A stretch of DNA of 64,000 nucleotides from Candidatus Nanoarchaeia archaeon (GCA_028716945.1 JAQUOT010000001.1:187927-251926); one strand, 5' to 3'; positions 45,628 to 55,844 are shown, counted from the first letter of the stretch. Notes: generated from the sequence alone by a model not told the origin. Made by a program: numbers and translations.

Positions 45628-46145
45628 TTTTCTCCTCCAGTTACTAAACCAAATTCTTTTTCCATAAATTTAATTGCTTCTTCTTTTGTGATTCTATGAC
45701 TTGCAGGTACTTTTCTTGATTGAATTTTTCTTTTTTTAATTCTAAATCCTGCTCTAATTAAAGTAACTGAAACTTCTAAACCAGACATACCAATATCTGG
45801 TTTATAATCAACACCAGGTATATCTATGTATTCTGAAATTCCAAATCCGAAATTACCTTCTTTATCGAATTTTCTTTCTGAAACTTTATTATCAATAGCT
45901 TTCAATAGATTTTTTAATAATTCTACTGCCTTTTTTCCTCTTATAGTTACTTTGCAAGCAACTTCTAAATTAGGTCTCAAACCCCAATCTGGAATTCTTT
46001 TTTGTGTTTTTGTTCTAACAGGTTTTCCTTTAGTAATATAATTTAATAATTTTATAGCTTTCTCTAGCTTTTCTCCAGGCTCTCCAACTCCAATATTTAT
46101 GGTTACCTTTTCAATTTTTATATTTCTCATTAAATTGTCTTTCAT
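45624..46145 (-). CDS. rpl5: 50S ribosomal protein L5 (uL5)
   Basis: 173 aa. [14 protein letters not shown] and [13 protein letters not shown] are present. Confidence 0.9.
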   Translation of the reverse strand: MKDNLMRNIKIEKVTINIGVGEPGEKLEKAIKLLNYITKGKPVRTKTQKRIPDWGLRPNLEVACKVTIRGKKAVELLKNLLKAIDNKVSERKFDKEGNFGFGISEYIDIPGVDYKPDIGMSGLEVSVTLIRAGFRIKKRKIQSRKVPASHRITKEEAIKFMEKEFGLVTGGEK

Positions 46146-46146
46146 T

Positions 46147-46836
46147 TTATATATCTATTACTGGTTTTTCTTTTCCTATTACGAAAGCATAATCTTTTAG
46201 TGTTTCGTATTTTTTTGTTCCTATTGTAAAAATAATTTTAGCTTTCTTATCAAAAGTTCCATTTTCTATTTTATCAACTTTACCCACATTTCCTACATAA
46301 GAACCGTCTGTTAAATAAATCACAGCACCTTTCTCTAATTTTAAAGTATCTTTAATATCTCCTTTTTCTAAATCTAATACTATTGTATCTCCAACAGTAT
46401 AAGCATTTTTATCAAGAAGTTTATTTCTTCCGTCGTGAAGATGTATTTGTATTTTTTTATTTTTAACTACGGTTTTTCCAGTAACTTTACATAATTTTGT
46501 TTTTGAATCTTTGATTTCTTTTAAGATAAAATCTCCATTTTTATTATAAAGAACAATATTTTGTATTTTTAAATCAGGAACTTCAATAATATCCATAATT
46601 CCAACAGGGAATTTATATTCATTTCTTTTTATTTTATTAATAAATAATTTTCCATCTTGTAATATCTTTTTAACTTCTTTTGTTGTCTCTGCTATTTTCA
46701 AAATTTCTTTTAATATGATATTAACAGTTATACATTTATGTAAACCATGCGGACCAGGCAAAGGTCTTGCTGTCCAAGTATTTTCTTTTCTAGAGATTGG
46801 CCAATTCTTTGGTGAGGGTATTCTTTTTATGTGCAT
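46147..46836 (-). CDS. rps4e: 30S ribosomal protein S4e
   Basis: 229 aa. MHIKRIPSPKNWPISRKENTWTARPLPGPH is present. Confidence 0.9.
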   Translation of the reverse strand: MHIKRIPSPKNWPISRKENTWTARPLPGPHGLHKCITVNIILKEILKIAETTKEVKKILQDGKLFINKIKRNEYKFPVGIMDIIEVPDLKIQNIVLYNKNGDFILKEIKDSKTKLCKVTGKTVVKNKKIQIHLHDGRNKLLDKNAYTVGDTIVLDLEKGDIKDTLKLEKGAVIYLTDGSYVGNVGKVDKIENGTFDKKAKIIFTIGTKKYETLKDYAFVIGKEKPVIDI

Positions 46837-46837
46837 T

Positions 46838-47233
46838 TTATTTCTCCTTCTTCATATTCTGTTCTAATTTTATTTTTCTTTTTTTATCATCTAAATTTAA
46901 ACTTGTAATCATCAAATTTGAAGGGTATATTGGATAGTAAGATTTTGTTCCGTCTCTTCTTATATGTTGGACATTTTCTATTGTAACTTTACATTTTCTT
47001 AAGTTTACATTAACAATTTTTCCAGATATTTTTTTAAATTGCCCTTTCATAACTTTAACAGTATCTCCTTTTCTAATTCTTATTGATCTTTTATTATATT
47101 TTTTCTTTAAGTCTTTTGATAAATGAACATTCAAGAATTTTCCTTTAATATGTAATGGAGCATTGTATCTATACTTTCTCTGCTTTCTAGGTTGTTTACT
47201 AGATTTCCATGAAGTTGAAAATTCTTGTTTCAT
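46838..47233 (-). CDS. rpl24: 50S ribosomal protein L24 (uL24)
   Basis: 131 aa. SKQPRKQRKYRYNAPLH and the KOW segment IRKGDTVKVMKGQFK are present. Confidence 0.85.
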   Translation of the reverse strand: MKQEFSTSWKSSKQPRKQRKYRYNAPLHIKGKFLNVHLSKDLKKKYNKRSIRIRKGDTVKVMKGQFKKISGKIVNVNLRKCKVTIENVQHIRRDGTKSYYPIYPSNLMITSLNLDDKKRKIKLEQNMKKEK

Positions 47234-47235
47234 TT

Positions 47236-47637
47236 TTATAATATAATACTAGCCATTTTTGATATTGGTGGCCATCTATCTGCTGCCTCCTTAGCAATTG
47301 GTCCTTTAAACATAGTACCTTTTGGATTTCCTTTTTCATCTTTTAATACTACTGCGGCATTATCTTCGAATTTAACACGTTCTCCATTAGGTCTTCTGTA
47401 TTCTTTTTTCTGTCTAACAATAACTGCAAATACAACTTGTTTTCTCATTTCAGGATTTCCCTTACATACCGATGCTTGAATTAAATCTCCTACTCCACCA
47501 GTTGGAACTCTTCCTTTACTGGTATTTCTATTATAAAAGGAAATTATTCTCAATTCTTTAGCACCAGAGTTGTCACAAGTTGGAATCCTTGTTTCCTTCT
47601 GGAATGCATTTGTTACATTTGCTTTTAATGCTTTCAT
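47236..47637 (-). CDS. rpl14: 50S ribosomal protein L14 (uL14)
   Basis: 133 aa. CDNSGAKELRII and AVIVRQKKEYRRPNGERVKFEDNA are present. Confidence 0.9.
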   Translation of the reverse strand: MKALKANVTNAFQKETRIPTCDNSGAKELRIISFYNRNTSKGRVPTGGVGDLIQASVCKGNPEMRKQVVFAVIVRQKKEYRRPNGERVKFEDNAAVVLKDEKGNPKGTMFKGPIAKEAADRWPPISKMASIIL

Positions 47638-47969
47638 TTTTCATCCTTTGATTTTTCAATTACTATGAAATTTTTTGCTTTAGCTATAGGTCTACATTCA
47701 GCTATTTTTACTATATCCCCAATTTCTGCATTTATACAATCAGGATTATGAGCTTTTATTCTAGTTCTTTTCTTTTCGTATCTATCATATTTTTTAAGGA
47801 AAAATACTCTAGGCCATTCTACTGTAACGGTCTTATTAACATTTTTCTTGATAACTTTACCTGTAAATAGTCTTCCTCTTAGACTTATTGTTCCATGGAA
47901 AGCACAATTTACATCATTGCACTTTTCTTTTGGTGCTTGTACATCAATTCCGATTGATTTTTTTGCCAT
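47634..47969 (-). CDS. rps17: 30S ribosomal protein S17 (uS17)
   Basis: 111 aa. LRGRLFTGKVIKKNVNKTVTVEW and GDIVKIAECRPIAKAK are present. Confidence 0.9.
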   Translation of the reverse strand: MAKKSIGIDVQAPKEKCNDVNCAFHGTISLRGRLFTGKVIKKNVNKTVTVEWPRVFFLKKYDRYEKKRTRIKAHNPDCINAEIGDIVKIAECRPIAKAKNFIVIEKSKDEK

Positions 47970-47970
47970 T

Positions 47971-48219
47971 TTATTTTGTCCTTTTCTTTATCCTGTCTTC
48001 AGGTCTTGAAACAATTGACTTTCCGTCAATTTTTGTGACTTTGTTTCCTGTGAAAAGATCAAATTCGACTTGATCCTTTATTATTTTTTTATCACCCTTC
48101 TTTGTTGAAAGCAAAATTGTATTTCTTGTCTCATCAATTACCTTGCCCTCGACGTTCATCAGTGATTTGTTTTTTGATTTTGTGATCTTTATATCGCTAC
48201 CGATTAACTCTTCTTTCAT
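47971..48219 (-). CDS. rnp1: RNase P protein component 1 (Rpp29/Rnp1)
   Basis: 82 aa. VEGKVIDETRNTILL...IDGKSIVSRPEDRIKK is present. It sits in the conserved position between SUI1 and S17. Confidence 0.8.
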   Translation of the reverse strand: MKEELIGSDIKITKSKNKSLMNVEGKVIDETRNTILLSTKKGDKKIIKDQVEFDLFTGNKVTKIDGKSIVSRPEDRIKKRTK

Positions 48220-48524
48220 TGTACTTCAATTGTATCTGCATTAAAGCCAAATTTGACTAACCATTGTTTTACTTTTTCTTTATGATTTCCTTGTAATTCA
48301 ATTATTCCATCTTTCAAAGTTCCGCCACAAGCTAAACTTGATTTTAATTTTGTAGCTAATTCTTTGATGTTTACATCATTCTTGTTTAATCCTTCAACGA
48401 TTGTCATTTTTTTACCGTAGCTTCTTTCGACAGTTTTGATTTTTATCTTTTGTTTTTCTTTAGCCAAAACTTCGCATACGCAAAGGTCTTTTGGTAAACC
48501 ACACTTGTCACAAATCTCGCTCAC
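48216..48524 (-). CDS. Translation initiation factor SUI1 (aIF1)
   Basis: 102 aa. It has the Zn-knuckle-like CDKCGLPKDLCVC, then KMTIVEGL...LACGGTLKDGIIELQGNH. Confidence 0.9.
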   Translation of the reverse strand: MSEICDKCGLPKDLCVCEVLAKEKQKIKIKTVERSYGKKMTIVEGLNKNDVNIKELATKLKSSLACGGTLKDGIIELQGNHKEKVKQWLVKFGFNADTIEVQ

Positions 48525-48530
48525 TTACTC

Positions 48531-48731
48531 TTAACCTCCTTTAATTTTTTTTTCATTTAATAAAGTTAATATTTTTGCAATGGTTTTTCTTAATGATTTT
48601 ATTTTACCTGGATTTTCTGGACTAGTACCTGTAGCCACTTGAGCATTAAGTTTCATTAATTCCTTTTCTATTTCTTCTAATCTAGCTTTCATGGTTTTTT
48701 CATCTAATTTTCTAAGTTCTTTTGTTTTCAT
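48531..48731 (-). CDS. rpl29: 50S ribosomal protein L29 (uL29)
   Basis: 66 aa. ELRKLDEKTMKARLEEIEKELMKL is present, with operon position. Confidence 0.9.
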   Translation of the reverse strand: MKTKELRKLDEKTMKARLEEIEKELMKLNAQVATGTSPENPGKIKSLRKTIAKILTLLNEKKIKGG

Positions 48732-49558
48732 TTTTTATCTTCTGCTTTTTTCTCTGTTTTATGTTCTTTCTTTTTAACTTCTTTTTTTACTTTTTTCTCA
48801 ACGTTCTCAAGTTCTTTTTCAACTTTTTTTAATTCAGTTTCAATTTCTTTTTCTTCAATAGTTTCTTTTTTCAATTCTTTCTCAAATTTTTTAACATTTT
48901 CTTTGATTTCTTTTTCAATATCTTTTATTCCTTCTTTAACTGCTTCAACTTCTATAGGTTGTTCTTTTAATGTAACTTTATCAGGTAATTGAACATCTGG
49001 TTTTAGTATTGAAATTTTTACACCAATTGCTCCAGATCTTAACAAAGCAACAGCATAAGCTTTGTTTACTTTGTTCATTGAAACATCTCCTGATTTTTTC
49101 AAATAACCTGCTTTAAATCTCCAAGATTTTGCTCTTACACTAGGAAGTCCTCTTCCAGAGATTACTATTTCTGCTCCAAGAGCTCCTGCATTAATTATAT
49201 CTTCTAAAACTTTGTAACCAATTGATTTGAATCTCTTTGGACCGAATTTTTCGAATGAAGATACAATTCTTTTTGCAACAGATAAAGCATTCAAACTAGG
49301 ATTATCTATTTCTGCTACTTCTATTTGAGGATTTTCTAAATTAAAGTTTTTCTTCAATAATTTTGTTAAATCTTGGATGTTTGAACCTTTTCTTCCAACA
49401 ACTAATCCAGGTCTTGATGTGTAAATAATTATTTTTTCACCTAAAGGAGTTTTTTGTATTTCAGTATGCGAATAACTAGCTCTATTCAAATATTGGAAAA
49501 TAAATTCTTCTATTTGTTGCTTTCTCATTTTTTCACTAAGTATCTGTCTTTCAATCAT
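48728..49558 (-). CDS. rps3: 30S ribosomal protein S3 (uS3) with a Lys/Glu-rich C-terminal extension
   Basis: 276 aa. The KH domain is GLVVGRKGSNIQDL. GAEIVISGRG is also present, followed by a KE-rich tail of about 80 aa. Confidence 0.9.
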   Translation of the reverse strand: MIERQILSEKMRKQQIEEFIFQYLNRASYSHTEIQKTPLGEKIIIYTSRPGLVVGRKGSNIQDLTKLLKKNFNLENPQIEVAEIDNPSLNALSVAKRIVSSFEKFGPKRFKSIGYKVLEDIINAGALGAEIVISGRGLPSVRAKSWRFKAGYLKKSGDVSMNKVNKAYAVALLRSGAIGVKISILKPDVQLPDKVTLKEQPIEVEAVKEGIKDIEKEIKENVKKFEKELKKETIEEKEIETELKKVEKELENVEKKVKKEVKKKEHKTEKKAEDKK

Positions 49559-50004
49559 TTTTTAGTTTCCTTTTTTACTTCTTTCTTTTCTTCAGTTTTT
49601 TTCTCAACTTTTTCTTTTTCTTTAAGTACTAATTCAATATGAGTTGATTTCATTTGTCTTCTTCTTTTTCTACCAAAATGCCAGCTAGTAGGACCAAAAT
49701 TAGCAACTGCTTTTGCTATGAATAAATTTCCGGTTAATCCTTTGTTTTCTGCATTTTTTTCAACACTATTTAATAAATTTAATATTTCAGTACAAGCATT
49801 TATTGCAAATCTTCCTGCAGCCATTCCTCTTTTATGTCCCATATCTCTATTAAATGTTTTAAATGGAATTGGTTTTTTCAAATCTATTGAATCTTGCAAT
49901 ATTTTTTTAGCTTTATCTAATTCTTTATCTCTAATAGATTTACAAATTTCAATACTTTGTTTAGTTGAAATCCTTAATCCTTGTACGTTTAATTTAGCTT
50001 CCAT
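49555..50004 (-). CDS. rpl22: 50S ribosomal protein L22 (uL22)
   Basis: 149 aa. PFKTFNRDMGHKRGMAAGRF is present, with a KE-rich tail. Confidence 0.9.
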   Translation of the reverse strand: MEAKLNVQGLRISTKQSIEICKSIRDKELDKAKKILQDSIDLKKPIPFKTFNRDMGHKRGMAAGRFAINACTEILNLLNSVEKNAENKGLTGNLFIAKAVANFGPTSWHFGRKRRRQMKSTHIELVLKEKEKVEKKTEEKKEVKKETKK

Positions 50005-50011
50005 TTTTCAT

Positions 50012-50407
50012 TTATTTAACTGATGCTGAAGCACTTGATCTTGTAGCTCCAATACCTGGTGCTGAGTGTGCAACTTTCTTTCTTGTAGCAGCAAACTCTC
50101 CAAGATAATGTCCTACCATATCTTCAGCGATTAATGTAGGAATGTATTCTTTACCATTATAAATATGAATTGTTAAACCAACCATCTCTGGTAAAACTAT
50201 CATATCTCTGACTTGAGTTTTAACTGGTTTCTTTGTTCTTCCTTCTTTGAATTTTTTTACTTTTAATAATAATAATTTTTCTTGATCATTAAATCCTCTT
50301 GTTAAAGATCTTCTTTGTCTAGCTGGGAAAATCTTTGCTAATTCAGATAATGACATTTTCTGCATTTCTTCTATTGTCTTTCCTTTGTATGTAAATTTCT
50401 TTGCCAT
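50012..50407 (-). CDS. rps19: 30S ribosomal protein S19 (uS19)
   Basis: 131 aa. MVGLTIHIYNGKEYIPTLIAEDMVGHYLGEFA is present. Confidence 0.9.
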   Translation of the reverse strand: MAKKFTYKGKTIEEMQKMSLSELAKIFPARQRRSLTRGFNDQEKLLLLKVKKFKEGRTKKPVKTQVRDMIVLPEMVGLTIHIYNGKEYIPTLIAEDMVGHYLGEFAATRKKVAHSAPGIGATRSSASASVK

Positions 50408-50408
50408 T

Positions 50409-51134
50409 TTATCTTTGATGTCCTGTTCTTCTTGCTCTTATTAATCCAACTTTTGCTCCAGGTGGTGCTCCTTTTCTTGGAATAGTCTTTCTACCTTTAT
50501 GTCTTCCACGACCACAACCAAATGGATGGTTAATTGGATTCATGGAAACTCCTGAAACAATAGGATAAAATCTATTTTTAGCACGGAATGCAAAACGTTT
50601 AGTTCCTGCTTTAACAAATGGCTTTTCTTTTCTTCCACCACCAGCAATAACTCCAATAGTTGCTCTGCAATCTCCGTTTAAAGTTAAATTCTTCTTTGAA
50701 GGTAATTTTACTATGATTTCTCCAGATTCTAATTTTGAAACTAATCTTGCTGAAGAACCTGCTGTTCTTATTAATTTTCCACCATCGCCAGGCATTAATT
50801 CTAAATTATAAATGAAACTTCCTTCAGGAATATTTTTTAAAGGCAATATATTTCCATTTTTTGGTTGTGCTTTTGTTCCAGATTCAATTAAATCATTAAC
50901 AGCAACATTTTCTGGAGCAATAAATAAACAATCTTCTTTTGTATCAAACTGAACTTTTAATAAAGGTGCTGAATGACCTGCGCAATTTACTATATCAACA
51001 ATTTTTCCTTTTACAACTTCTTGTTCTTTATCATCATACTTTCTATACTTAACTTTTCCAATATAGTTGAAACTAGGTGCATTGAACCTTAAGGTTCCTC
51101 TTCCCCGTCTTTGCTGAATTAAATTCTTTCCCAT
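50409..51134 (-). CDS. rpl2: 50S ribosomal protein L2 (uL2)
   Basis: 241 aa. SMNPINHPFGCGRGRHKG and GAPPGAKVG are present. Confidence 0.95.
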   Translation of the reverse strand: MGKNLIQQRRGRGTLRFNAPSFNYIGKVKYRKYDDKEQEVVKGKIVDIVNCAGHSAPLLKVQFDTKEDCLFIAPENVAVNDLIESGTKAQPKNGNILPLKNIPEGSFIYNLELMPGDGGKLIRTAGSSARLVSKLESGEIIVKLPSKKNLTLNGDCRATIGVIAGGGRKEKPFVKAGTKRFAFRAKNRFYPIVSGVSMNPINHPFGCGRGRHKGRKTIPRKGAPPGAKVGLIRARRTGHQR

Positions 51135-51135
51135 T

Positions 51136-51387
51136 TTACATTAATCCCAATTTTGTAATAACATCCATCGCAGGAGTATCTGGAGATAATTTGATATATG
51201 CTCTCTTTTCTCCTTCAAGAGTTATGTAAGTATTTACTTTAACAACTTTTACTTTGAACATTTCTTCAATAGCTTTTTTTATTTCTGGTTTTGTAGCTTT
51301 AAATTCTACTGCGAATAGTAATTTGTTTTCAGATTCTATCAATCTTACAGCTTTTTCCGTTGTTAAAGGATATTTTAATATTCTCAT
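51136..51387 (-). CDS. rpl23: 50S ribosomal protein L23 (uL23)
   Basis: 83 aa. [24 protein letters not shown] and KVVKVNT are present. Confidence 0.9.
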   Translation of the reverse strand: MRILKYPLTTEKAVRLIESENKLLFAVEFKATKPEIKKAIEEMFKVKVVKVNTYITLEGEKRAYIKLSPDTPAMDVITKLGLM

Positions 51388-52250
51388 TTCTTAGTAACCT
51401 TCTTCTTTTCTGTTTTCTTTTCAACTTTTTTAATTTGTTTTATTTCTTTTATAACTTCTTTAGGAATTTCTTTTATTGGAATAGTATCATTTGTGAATAA
51501 TTTGTTTTCTTTCAATTGATCAACTGCATTTTCAGTGTATAATGTTAATCTTCCAGGATTTGCTCCAGGTGCCAATAATTCTACATTTAAATTTCTTACA
51601 AAAGTTATATCTAACCCTGGTAAATTCAATGCTGATTTCAATAACTTACAGTTTTCATTTGAAACAACAATCAAAGGACCTTTTTTTGTAATGTATCTTC
51701 TTCCTCTTAATTTTCCTTTTCCTGCTCTTGTTTTTCTTTCTTCACATCTTTCTAATTCATTTTCTAATTTTAAATTCTTAAAAATATTATAAACTTCTTT
51801 TGTTTTTTGTAAATCTTCAAATTTATTTTCAATTATATAAGGTTTTGAACCTGCCAAAGCAGATCTTATTGCTTTTCTTCTTTCTTTTTTATTTATTTTT
51901 TCATCAAATATTTTTTCTGCTTTTGGAGGATGAGCTTTTCTTCCACCAACAGCATAAGGAGCAAATGCACCAACCCAACCAAATTGAGTTCCACGTCTCC
52001 ACATTGTTTTTCTTGGGGCTCTTGACATTCCCATACCATAAGCAGTTTTGTAATCTTTTCTTCTTCTAGATAATTTAGCAGAATTTCTTGTTCCTGCTTC
52101 ATACAAAGTACCATGACGTTGTCTGTTATGTGAAATTAAAGCAAAAAATGCTCTTTTAATTAAATCTGTTCTTACTTCTTCATCAAATTGTTCAGGTAAA
52201 TCTACTGATTTTGTTTTCTTTCCATCTAAATTATATACATCTGCTTTCAT
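51384..52250 (-). CDS. rpl4: 50S ribosomal protein L4 (uL4) with a Lys-rich tail
   Basis: 288 aa. [10 protein letters not shown] and GRKAHPPK are present, with operon position. Confidence 0.9.
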   Translation of the reverse strand: MKADVYNLDGKKTKSVDLPEQFDEEVRTDLIKRAFFALISHNRQRHGTLYEAGTRNSAKLSRRRKDYKTAYGMGMSRAPRKTMWRRGTQFGWVGAFAPYAVGGRKAHPPKAEKIFDEKINKKERRKAIRSALAGSKPYIIENKFEDLQKTKEVYNIFKNLKLENELERCEERKTRAGKGKLRGRRYITKKGPLIVVSNENCKLLKSALNLPGLDITFVRNLNVELLAPGANPGRLTLYTENAVDQLKENKLFTNDTIPIKEIPKEVIKEIKQIKKVEKKTEKKKVTKK

Positions 52251-53203
52251 TTTTTAATAAATCTAACCTCAAATTGTGTATCTGGTTTTGATTTTCTTAA
52301 AGCATGAGTTAATTGAATAAATCTTTTCTTTGGTCCAGGGATAGAACCTCTTACTAATACAAAATCATTTTTAATAACCCCATAACTTCTAAATCCTTCT
52401 TTAGTCATATTTTCTGGCTTATCAGGATTTATTGCTACAATTAAATTATTATATTGTGTTCTTGAAAAGAATCCTAATTGTCCTTGTTGAGGTAATTTCC
52501 AATGAACCTTTCTAGGAGTAGTAGGACCTGAGTTACCTGCAGCTCTTCTTCTTTTTTCTGATTTATGTGATTTTAAATTAACCCCAAATCTTTTTACAAC
52601 ACCTTGTACACCTTTACCGGTTGTAACTGCATGAATATCCACAAATTCTCCTTGTTTAAAAGTATCTGATAATCTTATTTCTTTTCCCAATAAATTCTTA
52701 GCAAAATTTAATTTTTCATCTTTGTTTCCAGACAAAGCTAATTCTATAACTTCTGGTTTTTTCTTTCCAATAGTTGTTAATTTAGGATTAGCATGAACTA
52801 AAATTCTAACATCATCAAAATTAGTTGGAAATTCTTGTTTTATTTCTTTTTTCTTAGGAAGGTTTATTTTTCTTTTTAATTCTTTATCAAATTTATCAGC
52901 AATAACATCTTTAATAATTGTAGAACCATAACCTGCTTTTTTGTAAAATCTTAAGGAGAAAACGTTTAAGGGTGGACATTCAATAATAGTTGTTGGCCAC
53001 GCTATTTCCGTATTTTTTGTTATTGAAGTAGATTTAATATCTTGTACAATACAATGTGTCATTCCTACTTTATATCCTGCAAAACCAAGTATTTTTACTT
53101 CTGGTTTTTTAGCCCAAGATCTTATTCTAGGGTAGATTCTTTTAGCCCTCTTTCTAGGATAAAACTGCCAACTTCCGTGTTTTGGTCTATGTCCTTTAGG
53201 CAT
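52247..53203 (-). CDS. rpl3: 50S ribosomal protein L3 (uL3)
   Basis: 318 aa. HGSWQFYPRKRA, FAGYKVGMTH and TGKGVQGVVKRFG are present. It is the first gene of the cluster. Confidence 0.9.
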   Translation of the reverse strand: MPKGHRPKHGSWQFYPRKRAKRIYPRIRSWAKKPEVKILGFAGYKVGMTHCIVQDIKSTSITKNTEIAWPTTIIECPPLNVFSLRFYKKAGYGSTIIKDVIADKFDKELKRKINLPKKKEIKQEFPTNFDDVRILVHANPKLTTIGKKKPEVIELALSGNKDEKLNFAKNLLGKEIRLSDTFKQGEFVDIHAVTTGKGVQGVVKRFGVNLKSHKSEKRRRAAGNSGPTTPRKVHWKLPQQGQLGFFSRTQYNNLIVAINPDKPENMTKEGFRSYGVIKNDFVLVRGSIPGPKKRFIQLTHALRKSKPDTQFEVRFIKK

Positions 53204-53328
53204 TTTCTTTGATTATTTTTTAGTTTTATAGGCATTTATAAGCCTTTCTAGAATTAGCGACTAATTATTTTTATTACTGGTTGTGAAGTAAAGGTAATTT
53301 TAAAGTATTGATAAGATTTATATAGTTT

Positions 53329-53940
53329 TTGATTGTTTGGAGTTCTATGAAAACAAGGGGTTTAATTATATTTCCAATATTATTAGGATTGGTTTTATTT
53401 ATTTCTGGATGTAATACTATAACTGGAGAAGTTATTGGTTGTGGAGACCATTATTCATTTGTAGCAAATGCTTGTTGTTTAGATCAAAATGCAAATAAAA
53501 TATGTGATAAAGACGAATTTGCAATAAGAGAAGAATGTAGTATTAAAAGTGAATTTAAATGCTTATCTTACCAAGCAACCCCAGATAAAATAACTATAAA
53601 ATTAAAACCTGCTTTAAGTACAACAATTCCAATAGGTGACGGAGAAATAACTGCAGAGATGTTACCTGTTGCTGCTATATCCAAAATAACTCTACCTGAA
53701 GTAGGAATAAATGGTTGTAAAGGAGTTTACATTGATACTGTTGAAAATGGATTCAGAGGAACAGAAGAAAAAACATTTGAAATTCCTTGTGTAAGTGATA
53801 AAGGAGTTATTGATTCTGATATTATAATAGATTTCCTAGTTTACAAACCATCACATGCAAAAGGGCCATCAGCACCAACTTATAATTCTATAACTGCTTC
53901 TGTTAAAGGAACCTTTAGATCTTTAGTTGAAGAAGTTTAA
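53329..53940 (+). CDS. Secreted or lipid-anchored hypothetical protein
   Basis: 203-aa ORF. The likely start is MKTRGLIIFP at 53347. A hydrophobic segment ends in FISGC (lipobox-like), followed by NTITGEVIGC. Confidence 0.6.
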   Translation: MIVWSSMKTRGLIIFPILLGLVLFISGCNTITGEVIGCGDHYSFVANACCLDQNANKICDKDEFAIREECSIKSEFKCLSYQATPDKITIKLKPALSTTIPIGDGEITAEMLPVAAISKITLPEVGINGCKGVYIDTVENGFRGTEEKTFEIPCVSDKGVIDSDIIIDFLVYKPSHAKGPSAPTYNSITASVKGTFRSLVEEV

Positions 53941-54620
53941 ACCAATAATTCATGCTCTTTTTTTATTTCTTTTCCATCTAAATTTAGAATTCTAATTATT
54001 TTTCCTTTTCTTTTAGCTAATAATCTTGCTTTAGCAAAATCATCTTCACTTTCTTTAGGAATTATTAAATCTGTAATTTCATAAATATGTTTTATTATCA
54101 AATTACTAAAATCTTCTTTAACATCAAAAGTAAATTCTTTTGTAATATCTGTATTTTCAAATGAAGCAGAACAAAAATTATCTTTTAATGTACCTCCTGG
54201 TTTAGGTAAGGAATCTTTACAAGACAAATTGCAATTATCTGCTCTTAATTTCAATAATAAAAAATCAAACTTGAATTTTTCAATTATTTCTAATAATTTT
54301 TCTTTGGTAATTTCTTGTTCGGTAATGTCTGCCCTGTAAACTTTTCCCCTCTTAGAATATTCATTTTGTAAATCTAATTCTTTTTCAAAGTCTCTAAAAG
54401 CGACTATTGCTCCAGAAATATTAATTTTTGAAGAAGCTTCTTTAGCAATTAAGTAACATAAGAAGTTTGAAAACTCAAAACTTGTTTTTACAGATAATTT
54501 TTTAGATTTTTTTAAAGTAATTAAAGCTCTATCAGTATAATTACCTTTTCCAAATCTTTTAAATTGTTCATGAGCTAATTCGCTTCCTTTATTTTCAAAT
54601 ATTTCTTTTATGAAATTCAT
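53937..54620 (-). CDS. Hypothetical protein
   Basis: 227-aa ORF. I recognise no family. It is translationally coupled to a small upstream ORF by an ATGA overlap. Confidence 0.6.
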   Translation of the reverse strand: MNFIKEIFENKGSELAHEQFKRFGKGNYTDRALITLKKSKKLSVKTSFEFSNFLCYLIAKEASSKINISGAIVAFRDFEKELDLQNEYSKRGKVYRADITEQEITKEKLLEIIEKFKFDFLLLKLRADNCNLSCKDSLPKPGGTLKDNFCSASFENTDITKEFTFDVKEDFSNLIIKHIYEITDLIIPKESEDDFAKARLLAKRKGKIIRILNLDGKEIKKEHELLV

Positions 54621-54724
54621 TTTTCACCTTGAATCATTTTATTATATTTTCCTTGTCCTATTAAAACCCAGTAGATTACTCCAACTGCAGTTATTCCAAG
54701 CATTACTATAAGCCAATTATTCAT
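54617..54724 (-). CDS. Small single-TM protein (35 aa), hypothetical
   Basis: Hand translation gives MNNWLIVMLGITAVGVIYWVLIGQGKYNKMIQGEK. It exactly fills the gap between the deaminase stop (54727) and the next gene start (54620), with an ATGA overlap. Confidence 0.35.
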   Translation of the reverse strand: MNNWLIVMLGITAVGVIYWVLIGQGKYNKMIQGEK

Positions 54725-54726
54725 TT

Positions 54727-55221
54727 TTAAAGTTTTCCCATCTTACCTAAATGAAATTGGTAAGATAAATTATTAAATTCATTTGAATTATATAAATAAG
54801 ATTCTAATCTCCCACACAAAAATACATCTTTTATTTCATTTAATAAAATTATCCTACTACACGAAGTACAAGAAGGATCTCCTGGAAACTTACCAACCTC
54901 TCCCCCTTTATCTAATTTAACATGATATAATGTAGAATTTTTTATTTTAGAAGGATTATTTCTTAATGCTAATTGTATTGCATAATCCTCAGCATGTATT
55001 GCCCTACACAATTCTAAATGAGTTCCTCCTTCTAAATCAGTTCTTAAACAAGGATCACAAATATCTACACCAACAGGGAGATTATTTGCTTGAGATATTA
55101 AATTTCCATAAAAATCTACTATTATTACCCCTCGTTTAGATTTCTTACATTTAGAAAGTTTAGCTATACTTGTACAAATTTCTATATATTTTTTAATATC
55201 ATTAGAGTTAATTATTTCCAT
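54727..55221 (-). CDS. dCMP/cytidine deaminase family zinc enzyme
   Basis: 164 aa. It has HAEDYAI (the H(A/C)E motif) and PCTSCSRIIL (the PCxxC motif). Confidence 0.75.
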   Translation of the reverse strand: MEIINSNDIKKYIEICTSIAKLSKCKKSKRGVIIVDFYGNLISQANNLPVGVDICDPCLRTDLEGGTHLELCRAIHAEDYAIQLALRNNPSKIKNSTLYHVKLDKGGEVGKFPGDPSCTSCSRIILLNEIKDVFLCGRLESYLYNSNEFNNLSYQFHLGKMGKL

Positions 55222-55792
55222 TTTTGTCCACCAAATAATTTAATATTGTAATACATTGTGAAGTAAAATAGTTTGTTCTTCCTAAACTAAATACTTCTTT
55301 TGTGTATCTTTTTATAAATTTTTTGTTGTTTTTAGGAATTCCTTCATGGTCTCCTAAAATAAATATTGGATTTTCTTTTAATCCTATATTAGAAATATCT
55401 TTTCCTCTTTTATCCAATAAATAAAAGTTTTTCTTACCTGATTCAACTAATTCTTTTATTAAAGCTTGAAAAGATTTTTTCTCTACAAAGATTCCTGGAA
55501 AAGCTTTTATTTTTTTACCTTGTTTATACTTCCATAAAACACTTTTTAATAAATTACCTACATCTTTTTTAGATATAGGCATTTCAGAATCATAAATAAA
55601 TTCGATATGTCTTGGTGGATCTGGTGGTCCATTAAGAATTAAATGAAAAATTGTATCTTCACGCATGTTATTTGAAACAAAAAAAGCATTAATTATAGAA
55701 TGTATAACTATGTCTAAACGTCCTGCTTGCATTAAATCATTAAAATTTCCTGAGGTTTGTCCATGATTGGATATTAAGATAAATTCTCTCAT
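55208..55792 (-). CDS. trmY: tRNA (pseudouridine54-N1)-methyltransferase TrmY (SPOUT, DUF358)
   Basis: 194 aa. MREFILISNHGQTSGNF..L..AGRLDIVIHSIINAFFVS......LILNGPPDPPRHIEF resembles the Mj1640 family. Confidence 0.75.
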   Translation of the reverse strand: MREFILISNHGQTSGNFNDLMQAGRLDIVIHSIINAFFVSNNMREDTIFHLILNGPPDPPRHIEFIYDSEMPISKKDVGNLLKSVLWKYKQGKKIKAFPGIFVEKKSFQALIKELVESGKKNFYLLDKRGKDISNIGLKENPIFILGDHEGIPKNNKKFIKRYTKEVFSLGRTNYFTSQCITILNYLVDKNGNN

Positions 55793-55844
55793 AATTAATT
55801 CTAAATATTAACCTTTATAAATCTTAACTAAGTTTAAACATTAT

